A stretch of DNA of 64,000 nt from the human T2T-CHM13v2.0 reference genome, Homo sapiens: the NCBI RefSeq assembly GCF_009914755.1, contig NC_060939.1. One strand, 5' to 3'. Every line of letters begins with the position of its first letter. Position 1 is the first letter of the stretch. The notes under the pieces are model-generated. The model made no database searches. It was not told the origin of the DNA and worked only from the letters and a program-made list of their open reading frames with translations. Below are positions 45,623-61,500 of the stretch, one piece after another. Both the position numbers and the translations under genes were made by a program.

Positions 45623-48600
45623 TTGTGCCGTCACCCTGCAATGTTTATGCCCTATCGCCATGGTGACGGGATTAGGGATCTCCTGCTCTTGGTCCTAAAG
45701 GCCACTGTCTGTGCTGTGTTTTTCAAAGGTCAGCACAGAGTGAACCTTTGTGGTTTTATTTTCCCTGAGTTTGATTTTTCTCATGGGGAACCTGTGGTGC
45801 TGCTTTGAAGGTATATTCATACTGGCCTTTCAAATGCCAACTCTTCAAATTACTAGTTAATGCTTTCAAAGTATGTTATTTCAAAAATTATCCTCCGTAT
45901 TTTCCATATGCAGTTATAAATATGTTTCATGGTTATGTTTCATTCCTCAGTTTATATATTTGATTATTGTACCAAGCAGAGTACCTTTGAAATTTTTTTT
46001 CATCTAAAAAATATGTAAATTAGCTCAGGCCTGTAATCCCAGCAAATTTGGAGGCCAAGGCAAGGGGATCACAAGGTAAAGAGATCAAGACCATCCTGGC
46101 CAATACAGTGAAACGCTGTCACTACGAAAAATCCAAAAAATTAGCTAGGCATTGTGGCAGCTGGTGTAGTCCCAGTGTGGTGCAGTCCAAGCTACCTGGG
46201 AGGCTGAGGGAGGGCAATCGCTTGAACCCGTGAGGCCGATGTTGCAGTGAGCAAATTTGGTGCCATTGTACTCCACCCTGTGCAACAGGACAACACTCTG
46301 TATAAAAAAAATTTATATATGATATAGGTTATATGTTATGTAATATGCTTTATATGTAATATATAACCTCATATATATTATATGTCATAATATATAATAT
46401 TTATACTGTGTCATATTATATATATTATATATTTCATAACATATATAATATATAATACATATTATACATCTTATATATGAAAATATGTAATTAGAGATAA
46501 AATAACATATAGTTATATATAATATGATATATAACATATATACTATATCATATATGATATATAATATATATATTTTTTATTACATATTATAATTCATATA
46601 TATTATAGTTTATATAATGATATAATTATTCATATAATATAAATAATTATACATAATTATATAATTATATATAAATAATAATATATATAATTACATATTC
46701 ATATCGTTATATATAATAATACATTTCATATGTAATTATATATACCATATAATAGACAACACACCTAATATATAATATATAATATATATTATACAATATA
46801 GGATACATAATATGTATGATATATAATATATCATAATATAATATATATTTTAACATTATGTATGTAACATGTAATAGATGATATATAAAATAAATTATGT
46901 AATATAAAGTAATATAATATAATATATACTATATTAAGGTATATTATGTAAAGTATGTAATAAAATTATAAGTAACATAATATATAGTTATATATATTAT
47001 ATTATGTATTTACATAGAGTATTATACAGTTATATGTAATTTTAAATTGTTATATAAAATTTAATATAAAACAAATATAATCTATATCATAAAACATATA
47101 TTGTATACCATATATATTATGTATCATATATTGTATGTTATATACCATATATTGTATATCATATATCATATATTATATGTTATATGTATCACATTCCACA
47201 TTTTGTATATTTTAAATTATATACAATATATGACATACATTATATTATATATAATAAATTATACATTATATGTAACATAGTATATATTATATGTAACATG
47301 TATATTCTATGTAAAATATATAATATATAGCATATATTACATATAATTAATAACATAGACATATAATATATATTTAATATATGTACTATATATACAACGT
47401 ATTATACATATACTATATAATACATATTATATATATGGCATAAAATATAATATATATTATATGTCATAGTTTATATATACAAATATATATTATTATATGT
47501 TATTTTATATTATATATAACATAGATATAATATATATATCTATAATGTATATTACATATAACATAGATATAATATATAGTATATATAATGTATATTATAT
47601 ATAACGTAGATATTATATATAATATATATAGTGTATATTATATATTTAATACGTATATTAACCATATAATATATTCTATATATGATATATAATATATATT
47701 ATATATGTCATAAAATATAATATATATTATATGTCATTGTATAAATATAATACTTATATATTATCAATTATTATATTACATTTAATATATATAATATAAG
47801 ATGCAGGATGTGAAACAATATTATATATATGTTATTTATATTATATATATGATACTATATATTATTGTATACATAATGTGTATATATATTTGTGGGTGCC
47901 CTATTTCCCATCTCATAACTTGTTTTAAGAAGCGCAGCATAATAATGTGTGGGCTTGGGATTCAGTTTTTGAAACAAAACACTGAGCCTTCAATGACCTT
48001 TCGGTCTATGTAGAAGCGCTCCTGTCTTCGTGGCAGCAGTTGGACCTCACAATGTGGATTGTGCCGTCACCCTGCAATGTTTATGCCCTATCGCCATGGT
48101 GACGGGATTAGGGATCTCCTGCTCTTGGTCCTAAAGGCCACTGTCTGTGCTGTGTTTTTCAAAGGTCAGCACAGAGTGAACCTTTGTGGTTTTATTTTCC
48201 CTGAGTTTGATTTTTCTCATGGGGAACCTGTGGTGCTGCTTTGAAGGTATATTCATACTGGCCTTTCAAATGCCAACTCTTCAAATTACTAGTTAATGCT
48301 TTCAAAGTATGTTATTTCAAAAATTATCCTCTGTATTTTCCATATGCAGTTATAAATATGTTTCATGGTTATGTTTCATTCCTCAGTTTATATATTTGAT
48401 TATTGTACCAAGCAGAGTACCTTTGAAATTTTTTTTCATCTAAAAAATATGTAAATTAGCTCAGGCCTGTAATCCCAGCAAATTTGGAGGCCAAGGCAAG
48501 GGGATCACAAGGTAAAGAGATCAAGACCATCCTGGCCAATACAGTGAAACGCTGTCACTACTAAAAATCCAAAAAATTAGCTAGGCATTGTGGCAGCTGG

Positions 48601-51600
48601 TGTAGTCCCAGTGTGGTGTAGTCCAAGCTACCTGGGAGGCTGAGGGAGGGCAATCGCTTGAACCCGTGAGGCAGATGTTGCAGTGAGCAAATTTGGTGCC
48701 ATTGTACTCCACCCTGTGCAACAGGACAACACACTGTCTAAAAAAAAATTATATATGATATATGTTATATGTTATGTAATATGCTTTATATGTAATATAT
48801 AACCTCATATATATTATATGTCATAATATATAATAGTTATCCTGTGTCATATTATATATATTATATATTTCATAACATATATAATATATAATACATATTA
48901 TACATCTTATATATGAAAATATGTAATTAGAGATAAAATAACATATAGTTATATATAATATGATATATAATATATATACTATATCATATATGATATATAA
49001 TATATAATTTTTTATTACATATTATAATTCATATATATTATAATTTATATAATGATATAATTATTTATATAATATAAATAATTATACATAATTATATAAT
49101 TAAATATAATATAAATAATAATATATATAATTACATATTCATATCGTTATATATAATAATACATTTCATATGTAATTATATATATCATATAATAGACAAC
49201 ACACCTAATATATAATATATAATATATATTATACAATATAGGATACATAATATGTATAATATATAAGATATCATAATATAATATATATTTTAACATTATG
49301 TATGTAACATGTAATATGTGATATATAAAATAAATTATGTAATATAAAATAATATAATATAATATATACTATATTAAGGTATATTATGTAAAGTATGTAA
49401 TAAAATTATAAGTAAAATAATATATAGTTATATATATTATCTTATGTATTTACATAGAGTATTATACAGTTATATATAATTTTAAATTGTTATATATAAT
49501 TTAATATAAAACAAATATAATATACATCATAAAATATATATTGTATACCATATATATATTATGTATCATATATTGTATGTTATATATCATATATTGTATA
49601 TCATATATCATATATTATATGTTATATGTATCACATTCCACATTTTGTATATTATAAATTATATACAATATATGACATATATTATATTATATATAATAAA
49701 TTATACAATATATGTAACATAGTATATATTATATGTAACATGTATATTCTATGTAAAATATATAATATATAACATATTACATATAATTAATAACATAAAC
49801 ATATAATATATATTTAATATATGTACTATATATAAAACGTATTATACATATACTATATATTATATATTATATATATGGCATAAAATATAATATATATTAT
49901 ATGTCATATTTTATATATACAATTATATATTATTATATGTTATTTTATATTATCTATAACATAGATATAATATATATACCTATAATGTATATTACATATA
50001 ACGTAGATATTATATATAATATATATAATGTATATTATATATAACGTAGATATTATATATAATATATATAATGTATATTATATATTTAATACGTATATTA
50101 GCCATATAATATATTCTATATATGATATATAATATATATTATATATGTCATAAAATATAATATATATTATATGTCATTGTATAAATATAATACTTATATA
50201 TTATCAATTATTATATTACATTTAATATATATAATATAAGATGCAGGATGTGAAACAATATTATATATATGTTATTTATATTATATATATGATACTATAT
50301 ATTATTGTATACATAAGGTGTATATATATTTGTGGGTGCCCTATTTCCCATCTCATAACTTGTTTTAAGAAGCGCAGCATAATAATGTGTGGGCTTGGGA
50401 TTCAGTTTTTGAAACAAAACACTGAGCCTTCAATGACCTTTCGGTCTATGTAGAAGCGCTCCTGTCTTCGTGGCAGCAGTTGGACCTCACAATGTGGATT
50501 GTGCCGTCACCCTGCAATGTTTATGCCCTATCGCCATGGTGACGGGATTAGGGATCTCCTGCTCTTGGTCCTAAAGGCCACTGTCTGTGCTGTGTTTTTC
50601 AAAGGTCAGCACAGAGTGAACCTTTGTGGTTTTATTTTCCCTGAGTTTGATTTTTCTCATGGGGAACCTGTGGTGCTGCTTTGAAGGTATATTCATAATG
50701 GCCTTTCAAATGCCAACTCTTCAAATTACTAGTTAATGCTTTCAAAGTATGTTATTTCAAAAATTATCCTCTGTATTTTCCAAATGCAGTTATAAATATG
50801 TTTCATGGCTATGTTTCATTCCTCAGTTTATATATTTGATTATTGTACCAAGCAGAGTACTTTTGAAATTTTTTTTCATCTAAAAAATATGTAAATTAGC
50901 TCAGGCCTGTAATCCCAGCAAATTTGGAGGCCAAGGCAAGGGGATCACAAGGTAAAGAGATCAAGACCATCCTGGCCAATACAGTGAAACGCTGTCACTA
51001 CGAAAAATCCAAAAAATTAGCTAGGCATTGTGGCAGCTGGTGTAGTCCCAGTGTGGTGCAGTCCAAGCTACCTGGGAGGCTGAGGGAGGGCAATCGCTTG
51101 AACCCGTGAGGCAGATGTTGCAGTGAGCAAATTTGGTGCCATTGTACTCCACCCTGTGCAACAGGACAACACTCTGTATAAAAAAAATTTATATATGATA
51201 TAGGTTATATGTTATGTAATATGCTTTATATGTAATATATAACCTCATATATATTATATGTCATAATATATAATATTTATCCTGTGTCATATTATATATA
51301 TTATATATTTCATAACATATATAATATATAATACATATTATACATCTTATATATGAAAATATGTAATTAGAGATAAAATAACATATAGTTATATATAATA
51401 TGATATATAACATATATACTATATCATATATGATATATAATATATATATTTTTTATTACATATTATAATTCATATATATTATAATTTATATAATGATATA
51501 ATTATTCATATAATATAAATAATTATACATAATTATATAATTATATATAATATAAATAATAATATATAATTACATATTCATATCGTTATATATAATAATA

Positions 51601-54600
51601 CATTTCATATGTAATTATATATATCATATAATAGACAACACACCTAATATATAATATATAATATATATTATACAATATAGGATACATAATATGTATGATA
51701 TATAATATATCATAATATAATATATATTTTAACATTATGTATGTAACATGTAATATGTGATATATAAAATAAATTATGTAATATAAAATAATATAATATA
51801 ATATATACTATATTAAGGTATATTATGTAAAGTATGTAATAAAATTATAAGTAACATAATATATAGTTATATATATTATATTATGTATTTACATAGAGTA
51901 TTATACAGTTATATGTAATTTTAAATTGTTATATAAAATTTAATATAAAACAAATATAATCTATATCATAAAACATATATTGTATACCATATATATTATG
52001 TATCATATATTGTATGTTATATACCATATATTGTATATCATATATCATATATTATATGTTATATGTATCACATTCCACATTTTGTATATTTTAAATTATA
52101 TACAATATATGACATACATTATATTATATATAATAAATTATACATTATATGTAACATAGTATATATTATATGTAACATGTATATTCTATGTAAAATATAT
52201 AATATATAGCATATATTACATATAATTAATAACATAGACATATAATATATATTTAATATATGTACTATATATACAACGTATTATACATATACTATATAAT
52301 ACATATTATATATATGGCATAAAATATAATATATATTATATGTCATAGTTTATATATACAAATATATATTATTATATGTTATTTTATATTATATATAACA
52401 TAGATATAATATATATATCTATAATGTATATTACATATAACATAGATATAATATATAGTATATATAATGTATATTATATATAACGTAGATATTATATATA
52501 ATATATATAGTGTATATTATATATTTAATACGTATATTAACCATATAATATATTCTATATATGATATATAATATATATTATATATGTCATAAAATATAAT
52601 ATATATTATATGTCATTGTATAAATATAATACTTATATATTATCAATTATTATATTACATTTAATATATATAATATAAGATGCAGGATGTGAAACAATAT
52701 TATATATATGTTATTTATATTATATATATGATACTATATATTATTGTATACATAATGTGTATATATATTTGTGGGTGCCCTATTTCCCATCTCATAACTT
52801 GTTTTAAGAAGCGCAGCATAATAATGTGTGGGCTTGGGATTCAGTTTTTGAAACAAAACACTGAGCCTTCAATGACCTTTCGGTCTATGTAGAAGCGCTC
52901 CTGTCTTCGTGGCAGCAGTTGGACCTCACAATGTGGATTGTGCCGTCACCCTGCAATGTTTATGCCCTATCGCCATGGTGACGGGATTAGGGATCTCCTG
53001 CTCTTGGTCCTAAAGGCCACTGTCTGTGCTGTGTTTTTCAAAGGTCAGCACAGAGTGAACCTTTGTGGTTTTATTTTCCCTGAGTTTGATTTTTCTCATG
53101 GGGAACCTGTGGTGCTGCTTTGAAGGTATATTCATACTGGCCTTTCAAATGCCAACTCTTCAAATTACTAGTTAATGCTTTCAAAGTATGTTATTTCAAA
53201 AATTATCCTCTGTATTTTCCATATGCAGTTATAAATATGTTTCATGGTTATGTTTCATTCCTCAGTTTATATATTTGATTATTGTACCAAGCAGAGTACC
53301 TTTGAAATTTTTTTTCATCTAAAAAATATGTAAATTAGCTCAGGCCTGTAATCCCAGCAAATTTGGAGGCCAAGGCAAGGGGATCACAAGGTAAAGAGAT
53401 CAAGACCATCCTGGCCAATACAGTGAAACGCTGTCACTACTAAAAATCCAAAAAATTAGCTAGGCATTGTGGCAGCTGGTGTAGTCCCAGTGTGGTGTAG
53501 TCCAAGCTACCTGGGAGGCTGAGGGAGGGCAATCGCTTGAACCCGTGAGGCAGATGTTGCAGTGAGCAAATTTGGTGCCATTGTACTCCACCCTGTGCAA
53601 CAGGACAACACTCTGTCTAAAAAAAAATTATATATGATATATGTTATATGTTATGTAATATGCTTTATATGTAATATATAACCTCATATATATTATATGT
53701 CATAATATATAATAGTTATCCTGTGTCATATTATATATATTATATATTTCATAACATATATAATATATAATACATATTATACATCTTATATATGAAAATA
53801 TGTAATTAGAGATAAAATAACATAGTTATATATAATATGATATATAACATATATACTATATCATATATGATATATAATATATAATTTTTTATTACATATT
53901 ATAATTCATATATATTATAATTTATATAATGATATAATTATTTATATAATATAAATAATTATACATAATTATATAATTATATATAATATAAATAATAATA
54001 TATATAATTACATATTCATATCGTTATATATAATAATACATTTCATATGTAATTATATATATCATATAATAGACAACACAGCTAATATATAATATATAAT
54101 ATATATTATACAATATAGGATACATAATATGTATGATATATAAGATATCATAATATAATATATATTTTAACATTATGTATGTAACATGTAATATGTGATA
54201 TATAAAATAAATTATGTAATATAAAATAATATAATATAATATATACTATATTAAGGTATATTATGTAAAGTATGTAATAAAATTATAAGTAACATAATAT
54301 ATAGTTATATATATTATCTTATGTATTTACATAGAGTATTATACAGTTATATATAATTTTAAATTGTTATATATAATTTAATATAAAACAAATATAATAT
54401 ACATCATAAAATATATATTGTATACCATATATATATTATGTATCATATATTGTATGTTATATATCATATATTGTATATCATATATCATAGATTATGTGTT
54501 ATATGTATCACATTCCACATTTTGTATATTATAAATTATATACAATATATGACATATATTATATTATATATAATAAATTATTCATTATATGTAACATAGT

Positions 54601-57600
54601 ATATATTATATGTAACATGTATATTCTATGTAAAATATATAATATATAACATATTACATATAATTAATAACATAGACATATAATATATATTTAATATATG
54701 TACTATATATACAACGTATTATACATATACTATATAATATATGTTATATATATGGCATAAAATATAATATATATTATATGTCATATTTTATATATACAAT
54801 TATATATTATTTTATGTTATTTTATATTATATATAACATAGATATAATATATATACCTATAATGTATATTACATATAACGTAGATATTATATATAATATA
54901 TATAATGTATATTATATATAACGTAGATATTATATATAATATATATAATGTATATTATATATAACGTAGATATTATATATAATATATATAATGTATATTA
55001 TATATTTAATACGTATATTAACCATATAATATATTCTATATATGATATATAATATATATTATATATGTCATAAAATATAATATATATTATATGTCATTGT
55101 ATAAATATAATACTTATATATTATCAATTATTATATTACATTTAATATATATAATATAAGATGCAGGATGTGAAACAATATTATATATATGTTATTTATA
55201 TTATATATATGATACTATATATTATTGTATACATAATGTGTATATATATTTGTGGGTGCCCTATTTCCCATCTCATAACTTGTTTTAAGAAGCGCAGCAT
55301 AATAATGTGTGGGCTTGGGATTCAGTTTTTGAAACAAAACACTGAGCCTTCAATGACCTTTCGGTCTATGTAGAAGCGCTCCTGTCTTCGTGGCAGCAGT
55401 TGGACCTCACAATGTGGATTGTGCCGTCACCCTGCAATGTTTATGCCCTATCGCCATGGTGACGGGATTAGGGATCTCCTGCTCTTGGTCCTAAAGGCCA
55501 CTGTCTGTGCTGTGTTTTTCAAAGGTCAGCACAGAGTGAACCTTTGTGGTTTTATTTTCCCTGAGTTTGATTTTTCTCATGGGGAACCTGTGGTGCTGCT
55601 TTGAAGGTATATTCATACTGGCCTTTCAAATGCCAACTCTTCAAATTACTAGTTAATGCTTTCAAAGTATGTTATTTCAAAAATTATCCTCCGTATTTTC
55701 CATATGCAGTTATAAATATGTTTCATGGTTATGTTTCATTCCTCAGTTTATATATTTGATTATTGTACCAAGCAGAGTACCTTTGAAATTTTTTTTCATC
55801 TAAAAAATATGTAAATTAGCTCAGGCCTGTAATCCCAGCAAATTTGGAGGCCAAGGCAAGGGGATCACAAGGTAAAGAGATCAAGACCATCCTGGCCAAT
55901 ACAGTGAAACGCTGTCACTACTAAAAATCCAAAAAATTAGCTAGGCATTGTGGCAGCTGGTGTAGTCCCAGTGTGGTGTAGTCCAAGCTACCTGGGAGGC
56001 TGAGGGAGGGCAATCGCTTGAACCCGTGAGGCAGATGTTGCAGTGAGCAAATTTGGTGCCATTGTACTCCACCCTGTGCAACAGGACAACACTCTGTCTA
56101 AAAAAAAATTATATATGATATATGTTATATGTTATGTAATATGCTTTATATGTAATATATAACCTCATATATATTATATGTCATAATATATAATAGTTAT
56201 CCTGTGTCATATTATATATATTATATATTTCATAACATATATAATATATAATACATATACATCTTATATATGAAAATATGTAATTAGAGATAAAATAACA
56301 TATAGTTATATATAATATGATATATAACATATATACTATATCATATATGATATATAATATATAATTTTTTATTACATATTATAATTCATATATATTATAA
56401 TTTATATAATGATATAATTATTTATATAATATAAATAATTATACATAATTATATAATTAGATATAATATAAATAATAATATATATAATTACATATTCATA
56501 TCGTTATATATAATAATACATTTCATATGTAATTATATATATCATATAATAGACAACACAGCTAATATATAATATATAATATATATTATACAATATAGGA
56601 TACATAATATGTATGATATATAAGATATCATAATATAATATATATTTTAACATTATGTATGTAACATGTAATATGTGATATATAAAATAAATTATGTAAT
56701 ATAAAATAATATAATATAATATATACTATATTAAGGTATATTATGTAAAGTATGTAATAAAATTATAAGTAACATAATATATAGTTATATATATTATCTT
56801 ATGTATTTACATAGAGTATTATACAGTTATATATAATTTTAAATTGTTATATATAATTTAATATAAAACAAATATAATATACATCATAAAATATATATTG
56901 TATACCATATATATATTATGTATCATATATTGTATGTTATATATCATATATTGTATATCATATATCATATATTATGTGTTATATGTATCACATTCCACAT
57001 TTTGTATATTATAAATTATATACAATATATGACATAAATTATATTATATATAATAAATTATTCATTATATGTAACATAGTATATATTATATGTAACATGT
57101 ATATTCTATGTAAAATATATAATATATAACATATTACATATAATTAATAACATAGACATATAATATATATTTAATATATGTACTATATATACAACGTATT
57201 ATACATATACTATATAATATATGTTATATATATGGCATAAAATATAATATATATTATATGTCATATTTCATATATACAATTATATATTATTATATGTTAT
57301 TTTATATTATATATAACATAGATATAATATATATACCTATAATGTATATGACATATAACGTAGATATTATATATAATATATATAATGTATATTATATATA
57401 ACGTAGATATTATATATAATATATATAATGTATATTATATATTTAATACGTATATTAACCATATAATATATTCTATATATGATATATAATATATATTATA
57501 TATGTCATAAAATATAATATATATTATATGTCATTGTATAAATATAATACTTATATATTATCAATAATTATATTATTTTTAATATATATAATATAAGATG

Positions 57601-58427
57601 CAGGATGTGAAACAATATTATATATATGTTATATATATTATATATATGATACTATATATTATTGTATACATAATGTGTATATATATTTGTGGGTGCCCTA
57701 TTTCCCATCTCAAAACTTGTTTTAAGAAGCGCAGCATAATAATGTGTGGGCTTGGGATTCAGTTTTTGAAACAAAACACTGAGCCTTCAATGACCTTTCG
57801 GTCTATGTAGAAGCGCTCCTGTCTTCGTGGCAGCAGTTGGACCTCACAATGTGGATTGTGCCGTCACCCTGCAATGTTTATGCCCTATCGCCATGGTGAC
57901 GGGATTAGGGATCTCCTGCTCTTGGTCCTAAAGGCCACTGTCTGTGCTGTGTTTTTCAAAGGTCAGCACAGAGTGAACCTTTGTGGTTTTATTTTCCCTG
58001 AGTTTGATTTTTCTCATGGGGAACCTGTGGTGCTGCTTTGAAGGTATATTCATACTGGCCTTTCAAATGCCAACTCTTCAAATTACTAGTTAATGCTTTC
58101 AAAGTATGTTATTTCAAAAATTATCCTCTGTAATTTCCATATGCAGTTATAAATATGTTTCATGGTTATGTTTCATTCCTCAGTTTATATATTTGATTAT
58201 TGTACCAAGCAGAGTACCTTTGAAATTTTTTTTCATCTAAAAAATATGTAAATTAGCTCAGGCCTGTAATCCCAGCAAATTTGGAGGCCAAGGCAAGGGG
58301 ATCACAAGGTAAAGAGATCAAGACCATCCTGGCCAATACAGTGAAACGCTGTCACTACTAAAAATCCAAAAAATTAGCTAGGCATTGTGGCAGCTGGTGT
58401 AGTCCCAGTGTGGTGTAGTCCAAGCTA

Positions 58428-58568
<141 letters not shown>

Positions 58569-61500
58569 TTATGTAATATGCTTTATATGTAATATATAAC
58601 CTCATATATATTATATGTCATAATATATAATAGTTATACTGTGTCATATTATATATATTATATATTTCATAACATATATAATATATAATACATATACATC
58701 TTATATATGAAAATATGTAATTAGAGATAAAATAACATATAGTTATATATAATATGATATATAACATATATACTATATCATATATGATATATAATATATA
58801 ATTTTTTATTACATATTATAATTCATATATATTATAATTTATATAATGATATAATTATTTATATAATATAAATAATTATACATAATTATATAATTATATA
58901 TAATATAAATAATAATATATATAATTACATATTCATATCGTTATATATAATAATACATTTCATATGTAATTATATATATCATATAATAGACAACACAGCT
59001 AATATATAATATATAATATATATTATACAATATAGGATACATAATATGTATGATATATAAGATATCATAATATAATATATATTTTAACATTATGTATGTA
59101 ACATGTAATATGTGATATATAAAATAAATTATGTAATATAAAATAATATAATATAATATATACTATATTAAGGTATATTATGTAAAGTATGTAATAAAAT
59201 TATAAGTAACATAATATATAGTTATATATATTATCTTATGTATTTACATAGAGTATTATACAGTTATATATAATTTTAAATTGTTATATATAATTTAATA
59301 TAAAACAAATATAATATACATCATAAAATATATATTGTATACCATATATATATTATGTATCATATATTGTATGTTATATATCATATATTGTATATCATAT
59401 ATCATATATTATGTGTTATATGTATCACATTCCACATTTTGTATATTATAAATTATATACAATATATGACATATATTATATTATATATAATAAATTATTC
59501 ATTATATGTAACATAGTATATATTATATGTAACATGTATATTCTATGTAAAATATATAATATATAACATATTACATATAATTAATAACATAGACATATAA
59601 TATATATTTAATATATGTACTATATATACAACGTATTATACATATACTATATAATATATGTTATATATATGGCATAAAATATAATATATATTATATGTCA
59701 TATTTTATATATACAATTATATATTATTTTATGTTATTTTATATTATATATAACATAGATATAATATATATACCTATAATGTATATTACATATAACGTAG
59801 ATATTATATATAATATATATAATGTATATTATATATAACGTAGATATTATATATAATATATATAATGTATATTATATATTTAATACGTATATTAACCATA
59901 TAATATATTCTATATATGATATATAATATATATTATATATGTCATAAAATATAATATATATTATATGTCATTGTATAAATATAATACTTATATATTATCA
60001 ATTATTATATTACATTTAATATATATAATATAAGATGCAGGATGTGAAACAATATTATATATATGTTATTTATATTATATATATGATACTATATATTATT
60101 GTATACATAATGTGTATATATATTTGTGGGTGCCCTATTTCCCATCTCATAACTTGTTTTAAGAAGCGCAGCATAATAATGTGTGGGCTTGGGATTCAGT
60201 TTTTGAAACAAAACACTGAGCCTTCAATGACCTTTCGGTCTATGTAGAAGCGCTCCTGTCTTCGTGGCAGCAGTTGGACCTCACAATGTGGATTGTGCCG
60301 TCACCCTGCAATGTTTATGCCCTATCGCCATGGTGACGGGATTAGGGATCTCCTGCTCTTGGTCCTAAAGGCCACTGTCTGTGCTGTGTTTTTCAAAGGT
60401 CAGCACAGAGTGAACCTTTGTGGTTTTATTTTCCCTGAGTTTGATTTTTCTCATGGGGAACCTGTGGTGCTGCTTTGAAGGTATATTCATACTGGCCTTT
60501 CAAATGCCAACTCTTCAAATTACTAGTTAATGCTTTCAAAGTATGTTATTTCAAAAATTATCCTCCGTATTTTCCATATGCAGTTATAAATATGTTTCAT
60601 GGTTATGTTTCATTCCTCAGTTTATATATTTGATTATTGTACCAAGCAGAGTACCTTTGAAATTTTTTTTCATCTAAAAAATATGTAAATTAGCTCAGGC
60701 CTGTAATCCCAGCAAATTTGGAGGCCAAGGCAAGGGGATCACAAGGTAAAGAGATCAAGACCATCCTGGCCAATACAGTGAAACGCTGTCACTACTAAAA
60801 ATCCAAAAAATTAGCTAGGCCTTGTGGCAGCTGGTGTAGTCCCAGTGTGGTGTAGTCCAAGCTACCTGGGAGGCTGAGGGAGGGCAATCGCTTGAACCCG
60901 TGAGGCAGATGTTGCAGTGAGCAAATTTGGTGCCATTGTACTCCACCCTGTGCAACATGACAACAGTCTGTCTAAAAAAAAATTATATATGATATATGTT
61001 ATATGTTATGTAATATGCTTTATATGTAATATATAAACTCATATATATTATATGTCATAATATATAATAGTTATCCTGTGTCATATTATATATATTATAT
61101 ATTTCATAACATATATAATATATAATACATATTATACATCTTATATATGAAAATATGTAATTAGAGATAAAATAACATATAGTTATATATAATATGATAT
61201 ATAACATATATACTATATCATATATGATATATAATATATAATTTTTTATTGCATATTATAATTCATATATATTATAATTTATATAATGATATAATTATTT
61301 ATATAATATAAATAATTATACATGCTTATATAATTATATATAATATAAATAATAATATATATAATTACATATTCATATCGTTATATATAATAATACATTT
61401 CATATGTAATTATATATATCATATAATAGACAACACACCTAATATATAATATATAATATATATTATACAATATAGGATACAAAAGATGTATGATATATAA

